DNA of 64,000 nt, taken from the NCBI GenBank assembly GCA_965242865.1, contig CBDETK010000013.1, positions 4,224,001 to 4,288,000 of the forward strand, read 5' to 3'. The stretch is from Candidatus Latescibacterota bacterium. Lineage in GTDB: Bacteria; Latescibacterota; UBA2968; UBA8231. The position numbers were made by a program, and so were the translations under genes. Of this stretch, positions 52,373 to 61,570 are shown piece by piece. The notes beneath the pieces were generated by a model that saw only the letters and a list, made by a program, of their open reading frames with translations, was not told where the DNA came from and did not search any database. The first letter of the stretch is position 1. The number at the start of each line of letters is the position of its first letter.

Positions 52373-53620
52373 GGATTCGTTGGCGACGATTTGGTCGAGG
52401 GTCTGCCGCTGGCGCAGCAGGTGGAGCTCGCCGTCGGTGCCGAGCAGGACCTCGCAGGCTTCCGGGAAGGAATTGTAGTTTTTGGCGGCCATGCCCGCGC
52501 AATAGGCCCCGCTGCCGCCGATAAAAACCGCGTCGCCGATGCGCGGCTCGGCGAGGGTGCGTGGGGCCAGCTCTTCGGGGTTGCCCGGGGTTGGCGTGAG
52601 GATATCCCCGCTTTCACAGCAATGACCGGCGATTAGGTACTGGCCTTGGCCGCGCTCTTGGGGCGTGGCCGGGATGACGACGATGGGGTGTTGCGCCCCG
52701 TACAGGCTGGGGCGCAGCCCCTCGGTCATTCCGCTATCGACCTTGATGAAGCAATGCCCCTGCTGGCCGGTGTCGACCACGTCGACGACGCTGCAGACGA
52801 TGGCCCCGGCGTTGCCCACCAAGAAGGTCCCTGGTTCGATTTCGAGATGCAGGTTGCGGCCGTGCTCGCGGGCGAAGCGGTTGAATTCGGCGGCCACCGG
52901 TTGGCCGGCTTGGCGTAAGTCGGTTGACTCTTCGTCGGCCATGCGCCCGATCTTGAAGCCGCCGCCCATATTCACGCACCGGACCTCGGGCAGCTCGGCG
53001 GCCACGCCGAGCGTTAGCCGGGCGCAGTGCTGCCACACCGCGGGGTCGCTGCCCGAGCCGATATGGCTGTGCAAGCCGGTGATGCGCAAGCCGTGGGCCG
53101 CGGCGGTCGTGCTCACTTGCTCTAGGTGTTCGTGCCAGATGCCGAAGCTCGCCGAAGGGCCGCCGGTATTGGTGCGATTGCTGTGCCCCGAGCCTAGGCC
53201 TGGGTTGACGCGCACGGAGACTTCGCGGCCCGGAAAGAGCCGGCCGTAGGCTGCGAGCTGATGCAGGGAACAGGCATTGAAGAGCACGCCTTGGCGCACG
53301 AGGTCTGCTAAATTGTCGGGCAGTTGCTGGGCCGTAATTTGAATTTGGGCCGCGGGGACGCCGGCGCGCATGGCCCGCCGTGCTTCGTAGCCGCTGCTCG
53401 CGTCGATGTGCAGGCCGGCGCGATTGAGAATGCGGATCACGCCGGCGGCCGGGCAGGCTTTCACGGCATAGCGCACGGTCAGACCGTAGGCATTGGGGAA
53501 GGTTAGGGCCGTTTGGGCTTGGGATTCCAAGGTCTTTTGATCATAGACAAAGGAGGGCGTCCCAAACCGGCGTTGGACGGCGCGAACTTGGGCTTCAGAA
53601 AGGAGTGAAAGCCGTTCCAT
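52349..53620 (-). CDS. lysA: Diaminopimelate decarboxylase
   Basis: FGTPSFVYD, YAVKA (PLP Lys), HSHIGSG, NMGGG, EPG, RPSLYG, CCESGD, GAYC and YNS motifs. Confidence 0.9.
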   Translation of the reverse strand: MERLSLLSEAQVRAVQRRFGTPSFVYDQKTLESQAQTALTFPNAYGLTVRYAVKACPAAGVIRILNRAGLHIDASSGYEARRAMRAGVPAAQIQITAQQLPDNLADLVRQGVLFNACSLHQLAAYGRLFPGREVSVRVNPGLGSGHSNRTNTGGPSASFGIWHEHLEQVSTTAAAHGLRITGLHSHIGSGSDPAVWQHCARLTLGVAAELPEVRCVNMGGGFKIGRMADEESTDLRQAGQPVAAEFNRFAREHGRNLHLEIEPGTFLVGNAGAIVCSVVDVVDTGQQGHCFIKVDSGMTEGLRPSLYGAQHPIVVIPATPQERGQGQYLIAGHCCESGDILTPTPGNPEELAPRTLAEPRIGDAVFIGGSGAYCAGMAAKNYNSFPEACEVLLGTDGELHLLRQRQTLDQIVANESLPAFLSP

Positions 53621-53713
53621 TAAATGCCCCTAACTTGATATTTTTCAATAGAATCCGTAGGTTATGAAAGCCTTTTTAGTATCGCTGCCCCAGCCCATTT
53701 TGTCAAGCTCCTG

Positions 53714-55537
53714 ATGGCCACTCACATCCTCGGTATTTCCGCGTTCTACCACGATAGTGCGGCCTGTTTGGTGCGCGACGGCGCGATCGTCGCCGCGGCC
53801 CAAGAGGAGCGATTCTCGCGCATTAAACACGACCCAGAGTTTCCCGCTCGCGCGGTCGCCTACTGCCTGCGAGCGGGCGGTATTGAGGCCAAAGACCTGC
53901 ACTGCGTGGGGTTTTACGACAAACCTTTGCTGACCTTTGAACGCCTGCTAGAGACCCATCTCGGCACGGTGCCGTTGGGCCTTCGCCTCTACTGGAAGAG
54001 CATGAGGGTCTGGCTAGAAAAAAAGTTGTGGATCCCGCAGTTGATTCAAGAGCAGCTAGGCTGCGATGTCCCGGTGCTGTTCGGCGACCATCACGAGTCG
54101 CACGCGGCGTCGGCGTTTTATCCGTCTCCGTACCGAGAAGCGGCCATCGCTACTTTGGACGGGGTGGGCGAGTGGACCACTACGAGCTATGGCTATGGCC
54201 GAGATGCCGAGATTCACACGCTAGCGGACCTCAAGTTTCCCCACTCGCTCGGTCTGTTCTACTCGGCTTTTACCTATTTTGCCGGCTTCAGGGTCAACTC
54301 CGGCGAGTACAAGCTGATGGGGCTGGCCCCTTATGGCGAGCCTAAGTACGTCGATCTCATGCTTAGCGAGATAATTGACCTGAAGGACGACGGCTCTTTC
54401 AAGCTCAATACTCGTTACTTCAACTACCTATCCGGCCTGACGATGACCAGTCGGGCCATGGACGCGCTGTTCGGGCAAGGGCCGCGGCGGCCCGAGACGC
54501 CCCTGACTCAGCGCGAGATGGATATTGCGCGCTCCTGTCAGGTCGTCACCGAGGAGGTCGTGTTGCGCATTGCCCGCACGGCCCACAGAGAAACCCAGCT
54601 CAAAAACTTGTGTCTGGCCGGTGGTGTGGCACTCAATTGCGTCGCCAATGGCCGCATTTTGCGCGAAGGCCCCTTTGAAAACATCTGGGTCCAGCCGGCG
54701 GCCGGCGATGCCGGCGGGGCCTTGGGCGTCGCGCTGGCGCTGTGGTACAATCACTTGGGCCACGAGCGCGTGGCCGACGGCGAAAACGACGCGATGCGGG
54801 CGTCGCTGTTAGGGCCTGAGTACGGGGACGAAGAAATCCGCCAATCCATTGAGCAGCAGGCCGGGGTGGCGTGCAAGCTCGCCGAGGCCGAGTTGCCGGG
54901 GCGCGTGGCCGAGCTCTTGGCTGCGGGCAAGGTCGTCGGCTTTTTTCAGGGGCGGATGGAATTTGGGCCGCGGGCGCTCGGTGCTCGGTCGATTCTCGGC
55001 GACCCGCGCTCGCCGCAGATGCAGTCGGTGATGAACCGCAAGATCAAGTTCCGCGAGAGTTTCCGCCCCTTTGCCCCGACGGTCCTGCGCGAATGCGTCC
55101 ACGAGTTCTTTGAGCTAGATGCCGACTCGCCGTACATGCTGCAAGTGGCCCCCATCAAGGCGGAACGGCAGATTCCCCTGCGTGCGGACCAGCAGCGGCT
55201 GGCTGGCATTGACAAGCTAAAGGTGCCGCGCTCGGATATGCCGGCCGTCACCCACGTCGATTACTCGGCGCGGGTGCAGACGCTGCGCCGGCAAGATCAC
55301 CCGCGCTACTACGACGTGATTCGCGCCTTCGAGAGCCTGACCGGCTATCCAGTGGTCGTCAACACGTCCTTCAACGTGCGCGGCGAACCCATCGTCCAAA
55401 GCCCAGCAGACGCCTATCGCTGCTTCATGCGGACGGAGATGGATTTTTTGGTTATAGGCTCTTATCTCTTGGACAAGAAAGACCAGCCGCCGTGGCCGGA
55501 AGAGCGGGATTGGCAAGAGGAGTTTGAGCTTGACTGA
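53714..55537 (+). CDS. NodU/CmcH/SxtI-family O-carbamoyltransferase
   Basis: YHDSAA, QEERFSR.KHD, HHESHAAS, DGVGE, GEYKLMGLAPYG, GGVALNCVANG, EFGPRALG, RESFRPFAP and NTSFN motifs. Confidence 0.94.
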   Translation: MATHILGISAFYHDSAACLVRDGAIVAAAQEERFSRIKHDPEFPARAVAYCLRAGGIEAKDLHCVGFYDKPLLTFERLLETHLGTVPLGLRLYWKSMRVWLEKKLWIPQLIQEQLGCDVPVLFGDHHESHAASAFYPSPYREAAIATLDGVGEWTTTSYGYGRDAEIHTLADLKFPHSLGLFYSAFTYFAGFRVNSGEYKLMGLAPYGEPKYVDLMLSEIIDLKDDGSFKLNTRYFNYLSGLTMTSRAMDALFGQGPRRPETPLTQREMDIARSCQVVTEEVVLRIARTAHRETQLKNLCLAGGVALNCVANGRILREGPFENIWVQPAAGDAGGALGVALALWYNHLGHERVADGENDAMRASLLGPEYGDEEIRQSIEQQAGVACKLAEAELPGRVAELLAAGKVVGFFQGRMEFGPRALGARSILGDPRSPQMQSVMNRKIKFRESFRPFAPTVLRECVHEFFELDADSPYMLQVAPIKAERQIPLRADQQRLAGIDKLKVPRSDMPAVTHVDYSARVQTLRRQDHPRYYDVIRAFESLTGYPVVVNTSFNVRGEPIVQSPADAYRCFMRTEMDFLVIGSYLLDKKDQPPWPEERDWQEEFELD

Positions 55538-55955
55538 GGCCAAGAGCTACTGGGGAATTGCGGTGCCCAGCCGCGGCGATTTGCGCCGATTCGGAGTCGT
55601 GCTGGCGGCGTTGCTGGCCTTGCTGGGCGGCTATCTGTGGTACGTGGAAGCTCGGGGCCCTGCCCAGCTCGTCCATGCGGTTTCGCTGGTGTTGCTCGGG
55701 GCCGGCGTAGCACTGCCCGTCGCGCTCAAGCCGATTTACTTTCCCTATATGTGGCTGGCGAAGATCGTGGCCTTTGTCAATATCCACCTGCTCTTAGGGT
55801 TGGTGTTCTACACGCTTTTTGCGCTGGTCGGGCTTGGGATGCGCCTGTTGGGGCGCGATCCGCTCGATCGCAAAATCGCCCCCGACGCAAAAAGTTACTG
55901 GCAGCGTCGGGCCTCTTCTTCGTTTCCCCGCGACCATTATCGCAAGCGTTTTTGA
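55530..55955 (+). CDS. SxtJ-family membrane protein
   Basis: TTG 7 nt after GAGGAG, overlapping the carbamoyltransferase stop; LRRFG, P..L.P.Y..YM, GRDPL and SYW motifs. Confidence 0.8.
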   Translation: MTEAKSYWGIAVPSRGDLRRFGVVLAALLALLGGYLWYVEARGPAQLVHAVSLVLLGAGVALPVALKPIYFPYMWLAKIVAFVNIHLLLGLVFYTLFALVGLGMRLLGRDPLDRKIAPDAKSYWQRRASSSFPRDHYRKRF

Positions 55956-56034
55956 AGGGCCCCTAAGCCTTGCTCTTGTTTTGGGCAGCCGTTATATTTA
56001 CCCCCGCTTGGGAGGCCCCTTCAAGCGGCCTCAA

Positions 56035-56520
56035 ATGAATTATACGAAAGAACTTAGCTCATTCGCCCAAGACGATCATTGGATGCGCGAGGCCCTGCGC
56101 GAGGCCGAGCTCGCCGGCCGTCGCGGCGAGGTGCCTGTCGGTGCTGTCGTCGTTGGAGCCGGGCGAGTTTTGGGCCGGGCCGGCAACGCCATTGAAGCGG
56201 CGCAGGATCCCACGGCGCACGCGGAAATGTTGGCCTTGCGCCAAGCCGCAGCCGCGCTGGGGACGCGGCGCTTGTTGGCGACGACGCTCTATGCCACCTT
56301 GGAACCTTGCGCCATGTGCGCCGGGGCTGCGGTGTTGGCCCGAGTGCCGCGGTTGGTCTTCGGGGCCGCCGATCCCAAATCCGGTGCTTGCGGCTCGTTG
56401 CGCAATGTCGCGGAGGATCCGCGGCTCAATCATCGCTGTCAGGTCCGCGGCGGAGTGCTAAAGCAAGAATGTGCCGAGTTGCTCAAGGGCTTTTTTGCGG
56501 CCCTGCGAGCGGCCAAGTAG
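56035..56520 (+). CDS. tadA: tRNA adenosine(34) deaminase
   Basis: D..WM..AL, GEVPVGAV, DPTAHAE, TLEPCAMC, DPKSGACGS, LNH and FF...R motifs. Confidence 0.95.
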   Translation: MNYTKELSSFAQDDHWMREALREAELAGRRGEVPVGAVVVGAGRVLGRAGNAIEAAQDPTAHAEMLALRQAAAALGTRRLLATTLYATLEPCAMCAGAAVLARVPRLVFGAADPKSGACGSLRNVAEDPRLNHRCQVRGGVLKQECAELLKGFFAALRAAK

Positions 56521-56525
56521 ATTGG

Positions 56526-56615
<90 letters not shown>

Positions 56616-56621
56616 TTTTGT

Positions 56622-56712
56622 GGAGAGATGGCCGAGTGGTCGAAGGTGCACGACTGGAAATCGTGTGTAGGGCAATCCCCTACCGTGGGTTCGAATCCCA
56701 CTCTCTCCGCCA
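56622..56712 (+). tRNA. tRNA-Ser(GGA)
   Basis: GGAGAGA/TCTCTCC acceptor, anticodon loop CTGGAAA, long variable arm, GCCA end. Confidence 0.96.
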
Positions 56713-56726
56713 TAATTGATCCGGAT

Positions 56727-56802
56727 GGGGCAGTAGCTCAGCTGGGAGAGCGCCAGGTTCGCAATCTGGAGGTCGTGGGTTCGATCCCCATCTGCTCCAC
56801 CA
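56727..56802 (+). tRNA. tRNA-Ala(CGC)
   Basis: GGGGCAG/CTGCTCC acceptor with the G3:U70 identity pair, anticodon loop TTCGCAA, ACCA end. Confidence 0.95.
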
Positions 56803-56832
56803 TATTTCCCGGGTTTGGTAAATGTAGATTTA

Positions 56833-57103
56833 GGTCGTGCTAGATGGGGAGATAGCGGTGCCCTGTACCCGCAATCCGCTATAGCGGGATTGAATTCCCA
56901 TCCGAGGTTTTTGCACCTCTTGTTCGACCAGAGCAAAGTGGCGTTGAAGACCGGATTCTGCGCAATCAAGAACTTCTGAACCCCGTCAGGACCGGAAGGT
57001 AGCAGCGGTAGGAATGGTCTCTTGGTGTGCCGCAGAGTCGTCCGGTTGGAGCCAACTGGCCCTGGGCAGGCTTGAGGGCGGGATCGAAGATGGGTGCACG
57101 GCC
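56833..57103 (+). ncRNA. ffs: Signal recognition particle RNA, large (Alu-domain-containing) type
   Basis: Helix-8 motif TCAGGACCGGAAGGTAGCAGC; 5' GGTCGTGC pairs with 3' GCACGGCC; 5' region GGGGAGATAGCGGTGCCCTGTACCCGCAATCCGCT resembles the Bacillus scRNA Alu domain; upstream of dnaX. Confidence 0.92.
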
Positions 57104-57150
57104 TTTTAACTTTTTTCTTCCCTTCAGCTTGGCTGGGTCGAGCAACGCAA

Positions 57151-58773
57151 ATGGCCTATCAGGTAACAGCGCGCAAGTGGCGTCCTCGCCAATTCGACGA
57201 AGTCGTCGGGCAGGAGCATATCACTGCCACCTTAAAGAATGCCGTCCATTCCGAGCGCGTCGCGCAGTGCTACCTGTTTTGCGGCCCTCGCGGCGTGGGC
57301 AAGACCACGACCGCGCGGATTCTCGCCAAGGTCCTCAATTGCACCGCCCCCCGCGACGGCAATCCCTGCGAGGCGTGCGATTCCTGCCAGAGCATCGCGG
57401 CCTCCATCAGCATGAACGTGCTGGAAATCGACGGAGCCTCCAACAACGGCATCGATGACATCCGCGAGCTGCGCGAAGTGGTGCGCTACGCCGCGACCGA
57501 AGGCGTCTATAAAATTTACATCATTGACGAAGTTCACATGCTCTCGACCGCGGCCTTCAATGGGCTGCTGAAGACGCTGGAGGAGCCGCCGGAGCACGTG
57601 GTTTTCATCTTCGCCACCACCGAGGTGCAAGCCGTCCCCCAAACCATTCTCTCGCGCTGTCAGCGTTTCAATTTTCGCCGCATCTCAACCGAGCAGATCG
57701 CCGCTCATCTCGCCACCATTGCCCAAGCCGAAGGCATCGCAGTTGAAGAGGGTGCGCTCCACCTGCTGGCTAGCCGGGCAGACGGCGCCTTGCGCGACGC
57801 CGAGAGCCTGCTCGACCAAGTGGTCTCATTTGGGTCGGAGGTGTCGCAGCAAGCCGTGGTTCAGGTGCTGGGGCTCGTCGACCGTGGCCTCTACTTTGAA
57901 CTGCTCGATGCCGTGCGCGAAGCGGCGCCCGCCCAGGTGCTGGCTATCGTCGCCCAGGCCGTTGACGAAGGGGTCGATATTGAGGAGTTCGTCTATGGCC
58001 TAGTTGAGCTTTTGCGCCACCTGCTCTTCGCCAAGATACAGGGCCGGGCCGATGAGCTGGACATGGCCGAAGACGCCCGCCGCCGCTGCGGCGAACTCGC
58101 AGACGCCATGGCCGTTGAGGACCTGCTTCGCATGATGCAGTCGCTCCTCGATTTAGAAGCGGATATAAAGCGCTCGGTACAGCCGCGCTTCCGCGTAGAA
58201 ATCGCCTTGGTGCATCTGGCGCTGATGGGCCGGTCTGTCGATGTGGGCGAGCTGCTGCACCGCTTGCAGTCGCTCGAAGGTGCCGCACCGCGCCCGGCCG
58301 CGCCCTCGTCTCCAAAGGTTCGCCGCGAACCGGCCGCGCCGCCAAGGGTTCGCCGCGAACCGGCTGCGGCCGCGCCTCCGCCTCCCGCCCAGCAGCAAAT
58401 CGCCGCTCCTGCTGAGTCGAGCAATGCCGCTGGTGGTCTGAGCTTTGATCAGGTGCGCACCACTTGGGCCGAGTTAGTCAATGCCGTGCGTGCCGCCCAG
58501 CCATCGCTGGCCAACTTTCTCAATGGGGCGGCCTTAGACAGTCTAGAAGGCCACGTGCTCAGGCTGAGCTTTGGTAATCGCTTTGCCATGAACCAAGTGA
58601 TCAAAAATCGAGAGAGCGTAGAGGGGATCGCCGCGGCGAAGTACGGGCAGCGACTGCGCTTGGAGGCCGTGGTAAAGAAGGGCGATCAGCCGGCCCCGCC
58701 GCCGGCGAGCCAGCCCGAGTCCGACCCCACCTTGCGCTCGGTGCTCGACACGTTTGACGGCGAGTTGGTCTGA
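57151..58773 (+). CDS. dnaX: DNA polymerase III subunit gamma/tau
   Basis: ARKWRP, GPRGVGKTT, EIDGASN, IIDEVHML, LLKTLEEPP, SRCQ and G.LRDA motifs. Confidence 0.96.
   Translation: MAYQVTARKWRPRQFDEVVGQEHITATLKNAVHSERVAQCYLFCGPRGVGKTTTARILAKVLNCTAPRDGNPCEACDSCQSIAASISMNVLEIDGASNNGIDDIRELREVVRYAATEGVYKIYIIDEVHMLSTAAFNGLLKTLEEPPEHVVFIFATTEVQAVPQTILSRCQRFNFRRISTEQIAAHLATIAQAEGIAVEEGALHLLASRADGALRDAESLLDQVVSFGSEVSQQAVVQVLGLVDRGLYFELLDAVREAAPAQVLAIVAQAVDEGVDIEEFVYGLVELLRHLLFAKIQGRADELDMAEDARRRCGELADAMAVEDLLRMMQSLLDLEADIKRSVQPRFRVEIALVHLALMGRSVDVGELLHRLQSLEGAAPRPAAPSSPKVRREPAAPPRVRREPAAAAPPPPAQQQIAAPAESSNAAGGLSFDQVRTTWAELVNAVRAAQPSLANFLNGAALDSLEGHVLRLSFGNRFAMNQVIKNRESVEGIAAAKYGQRLRLEAVVKKGDQPAPPPASQPESDPTLRSVLDTFDGELV
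58312..58371 (+). repeat. 30-bp tandem duplication in the DnaX proline-rich linker
   Basis: CCAAAGGTTCGCCGCGAACCGGCCGCGCCG then CCAAGGGTTCGCCGCGAACCGGCTGCGGCC (PKVRREPAAP / PRVRREPAAA). Confidence 0.85.
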
Positions 58774-58781
58774 AAAACCGC

Positions 58782-59378
58782 ATGGAACCTCTGGCCCTCG
58801 AAGACTTGATCGTCGCGTTTGCCAAGCTGCCCGGCATTGGCCGCAAGACAGCACAGCGCTTGGCGCTCTATGTGGTCAAGAGGCCGCGCGAGGAAGCCGA
58901 GTTGCTCGCCCAGGCCCTCATTGCCGCCAAAGACCAGATCGAGCACTGCACAGCCTGCTATAATTTCACCCAAAAGGGCGAGCCCCTGTGCGAAGTCTGC
59001 CGAGACACCCGGCGCGACCAGCAGTTCCTCTGCGTGGTGGCCGAAGCCAGCGACGTGCTGGCCTTTGAGATGAGTCAGTTTTACTCTGGAGCGTATCACG
59101 TGCTCGGTGGAGTGCTCTCCCCCCAAGACGGAGTGCTGCCCGAAGATTTGCACCTCGAGTCCTTGGTCGAGCGCGTGCGGCAGCAGGGCGTTGAGGAAGT
59201 AATGCTCGCGCTCAACGCCAACGCCGAGGGCGATGCCACCGCTCACTTCATCGCGCAGCAGCTCATGCCGCTGACCAAGGTGTCGAGGCTGGCGCGTGGC
59301 TTGCCGGTGGGCGCGGATTTGGACTTGGCCGACAGCGTCACCCTCTCCCTCGCCTTTGCCGGCCGGTCGTCCCTGTAA
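58782..59378 (+). CDS. recR: Recombination mediator RecR
   Basis: LPGIGRKTAQRLA, C4 zinc finger, YHVLGG.LSP, EGDATA and RLARGLPVG motifs. Confidence 0.96.
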   Translation: MEPLALEDLIVAFAKLPGIGRKTAQRLALYVVKRPREEAELLAQALIAAKDQIEHCTACYNFTQKGEPLCEVCRDTRRDQQFLCVVAEASDVLAFEMSQFYSGAYHVLGGVLSPQDGVLPEDLHLESLVERVRQQGVEEVMLALNANAEGDATAHFIAQQLMPLTKVSRLARGLPVGADLDLADSVTLSLAFAGRSSL

Positions 59379-59385
59379 GGTCGTC

Positions 59386-59988
59386 ATGCACCGGCGCGAT
59401 ATTTTTAACTTGCCCAACGGACTGACCGCGCTCAGGATCGGTTTGACGCCGCTGTTCTTGCTGTTGCTCCTCACCGATACTTGGTACTTGAAAAGCCTAG
59501 CCTTCGTCGTCTTCAGCGCGGCTTCCCTGACCGATTTCTACGACGGCAAGCTAGCCCGTGCCGGCAACCAAGTGACGCCGCTAGGGCGCTTCTTGGATCC
59601 ATTGGCCGACAAGATCTTGGTGACGTCGGCGCTCGTCGCGCTGGCGTTGGATAAGATGGTCAATTTTTGGCTGGTCTTGCCCATCGTCGGGCGCGACATC
59701 CTGATTACGGGCATGCGCCTCTACGGGCTGTACCGGGGCCGCCCCATGGTCACCTCGCGCTTGGCCCAGTGGAAGACCGCGGTCCAGCTTTTCACGGTAA
59801 TTTTCATTCTCTTCGTCATTGGCCTCGAGGAGGCTATGGGGCGTTTTGCCGCAGGTCATCTCTTCTTTCTCGACGACCAGCTAATCCAACTTTTGGCCAA
59901 TGCCTTGCTGGCGGGGGTGCTGCTGCTGACGCTGCTATCGGGGTTTCACTACCTGTTCCGCGCGACCTCTTCCTACAAGGAACCCTAA
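59386..59988 (+). CDS. pgsA: CDP-diacylglycerol--glycerol-3-phosphate 3-phosphatidyltransferase
   Basis: NLPN.LT..RI and TDFYDG.LAR....T.LG.FLDPLADK signature. Confidence 0.93.
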   Translation: MHRRDIFNLPNGLTALRIGLTPLFLLLLLTDTWYLKSLAFVVFSAASLTDFYDGKLARAGNQVTPLGRFLDPLADKILVTSALVALALDKMVNFWLVLPIVGRDILITGMRLYGLYRGRPMVTSRLAQWKTAVQLFTVIFILFVIGLEEAMGRFAAGHLFFLDDQLIQLLANALLAGVLLLTLLSGFHYLFRATSSYKEP

Positions 59989-60013
59989 GCGCGGCGTAGA
60001 GGGCGCGTTTCTT

Positions 60014-60472
60014 CTGAACCGACTGATCGCCACGCTCTTTTTTAGCGGCTATGCCCCAGTGGCCCCCGGTACGGCTGGGACCGCGCTCGTCGCTCTGTTG
60101 TACTGGCTGTTTTTCCTGTTTTTCCCGCCGTTGGGGACGCTGCCGTGGCTGGGGGTGCTTTTGGCCGCTTCGGCCATTGGGGTGCATAGCGCGGGCCGGG
60201 CGGCCCCGGAGTGGGGCAAAGACCCTGGGCAGGTCGTCGTGGACGAGGGGGTGGGCTTTCTCTTTGCAGTGGCATTTTTGCCCCCGAGCGTTGGGATGGC
60301 TATCGCGGGCTTCTTGGTCTTTCGCGCCCTCGATGTGGTCAAGCCGCCCCCGGCGCGCCGGCTAGAAGCCCTGCCCGGCGGGTGGGGCATTGTGGCCGAC
60401 GACGTGGTCGCCGGCCTGTACAGCAACGCGGTCATTCGCTCGTCGTCCTATTTGGTCGAGTGGGCGGGCTAG
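60014..60472 (+). CDS. pgpA: Phosphatidylglycerophosphatase A (probable CTG start)
   Basis: LIAT.F.SGY.P.APGT.G N-terminus, KDP..VV.DE, FR..D..KP and GG.G...DD..AG motifs. Confidence 0.9.
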   Translation: MNRLIATLFFSGYAPVAPGTAGTALVALLYWLFFLFFPPLGTLPWLGVLLAASAIGVHSAGRAAPEWGKDPGQVVVDEGVGFLFAVAFLPPSVGMAIAGFLVFRALDVVKPPPARRLEALPGGWGIVADDVVAGLYSNAVIRSSSYLVEWAG

Positions 60473-60505
60473 ACCGACACCACACTTTCAATTGAGGGGA
60501 TTTCC

Positions 60506-61570
60506 ATGGCAAAAGCGAACGGACACAGCGCAGACCGCAACAAGACCAGAGCGCTGGAACTGGCGATGTCGCAGATCGAAAAGCAGTACGGCAAGGGGTC
60601 GATTATGCGCCTCGGCGACGAGGGGGGGGTGCAAGAGGTGGAGGCGATCCCCACGGGATCGCTGGCGGTCGATGCCGCGCTGGGCATCGGCGGCTTGCCC
60701 AAGGGGCGGATCGTCGAAATATCCGGTCCAGAGGGGGCCGGCAAGACCATGCTCTCGCTGCACGTCATCCGCGAGGCGCAGAAGCAAAACGGCACCGCGG
60801 CCTTTATCGACGCCGAACACGCCCTCGACGTCAGCTTTGCCCGGCGCATTGGCGTCGATGTGGAAAACCTCATCATCTCGCAGCCGGATTCGGGCGAGCA
60901 GGCCCTCGAAATCGTCGATACCTTGGTGCGCAGCGGAGCCTTTGACATCATCGTGGTCGATTCGGTGGCCGCGCTGGTGCCGCAGGCCGAGTTGGAGGGC
61001 GACATGGGTGATTCGCACGTGGGCTTGCACGCGCGGCTCATGTCTCAGGCCCTGCGCAAGCTGGCTGGCTCGATCAACCGCTCGCACACCTGTCTGATCT
61101 TTCTCAACCAGTTGCGCATGAAGATCGGCGTGATGTTCGGCAACCCAGAGACCACCACCGGCGGGCGCGCCCTGCCGTTTTACTCCTCGGTGCGCATCGA
61201 CATCCGCCGCATCGCCCGCGTCAAAAGCGGCGACCTCGATATTGGCAATCGCACCCGGGTCAAGATCGTCAAAAACAAAGTGGCCCCCCCGTTTCGCGAA
61301 GCCGAATTCGACCTGATTTTTCACGGCGACCCAATTGGCATCTCTTGGGAGGGCGACTTGATCGACATCGGCGTTGACAAGGGGCTTATTGCCAAGAGTG
61401 GGGCTTGGTTCTCCTACAATGGCGAGCGATTGGGCCAGGGCCGCGACAACGCCCGAGTCTTTCTGCGCGACAATGCAACCGTGGCCACGGAGATAGAGCA
61501 CAAACTGCGCGTCGAGTTGGGGCTTGAGGTGGCGGTCGGGCGCGACGAGGCCAACAAGGCGGACGAATAG
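60506..61570 (+). CDS. recA: Recombinase RecA (divergent)
   Basis: [54 protein letters not shown] and KNKVAPPF motifs. Confidence 0.97.
   Translation: MAKANGHSADRNKTRALELAMSQIEKQYGKGSIMRLGDEGGVQEVEAIPTGSLAVDAALGIGGLPKGRIVEISGPEGAGKTMLSLHVIREAQKQNGTAAFIDAEHALDVSFARRIGVDVENLIISQPDSGEQALEIVDTLVRSGAFDIIVVDSVAALVPQAELEGDMGDSHVGLHARLMSQALRKLAGSINRSHTCLIFLNQLRMKIGVMFGNPETTTGGRALPFYSSVRIDIRRIARVKSGDLDIGNRTRVKIVKNKVAPPFREAEFDLIFHGDPIGISWEGDLIDIGVDKGLIAKSGAWFSYNGERLGQGRDNARVFLRDNATVATEIEHKLRVELGLEVAVGRDEANKADE

Noticed and set aside
53714-55955. Saxitoxin biosynthesis cluster
   Set aside because: Only sxtI/J-like genes are present; sxtA, sxtG and the other core genes are absent, and such cassettes are widespread.
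57151-58773. dnaX -1 frameshift producing a gamma subunit
   Set aside because: No A-AAA-AAG slippery site or long A run was found in the linker region.
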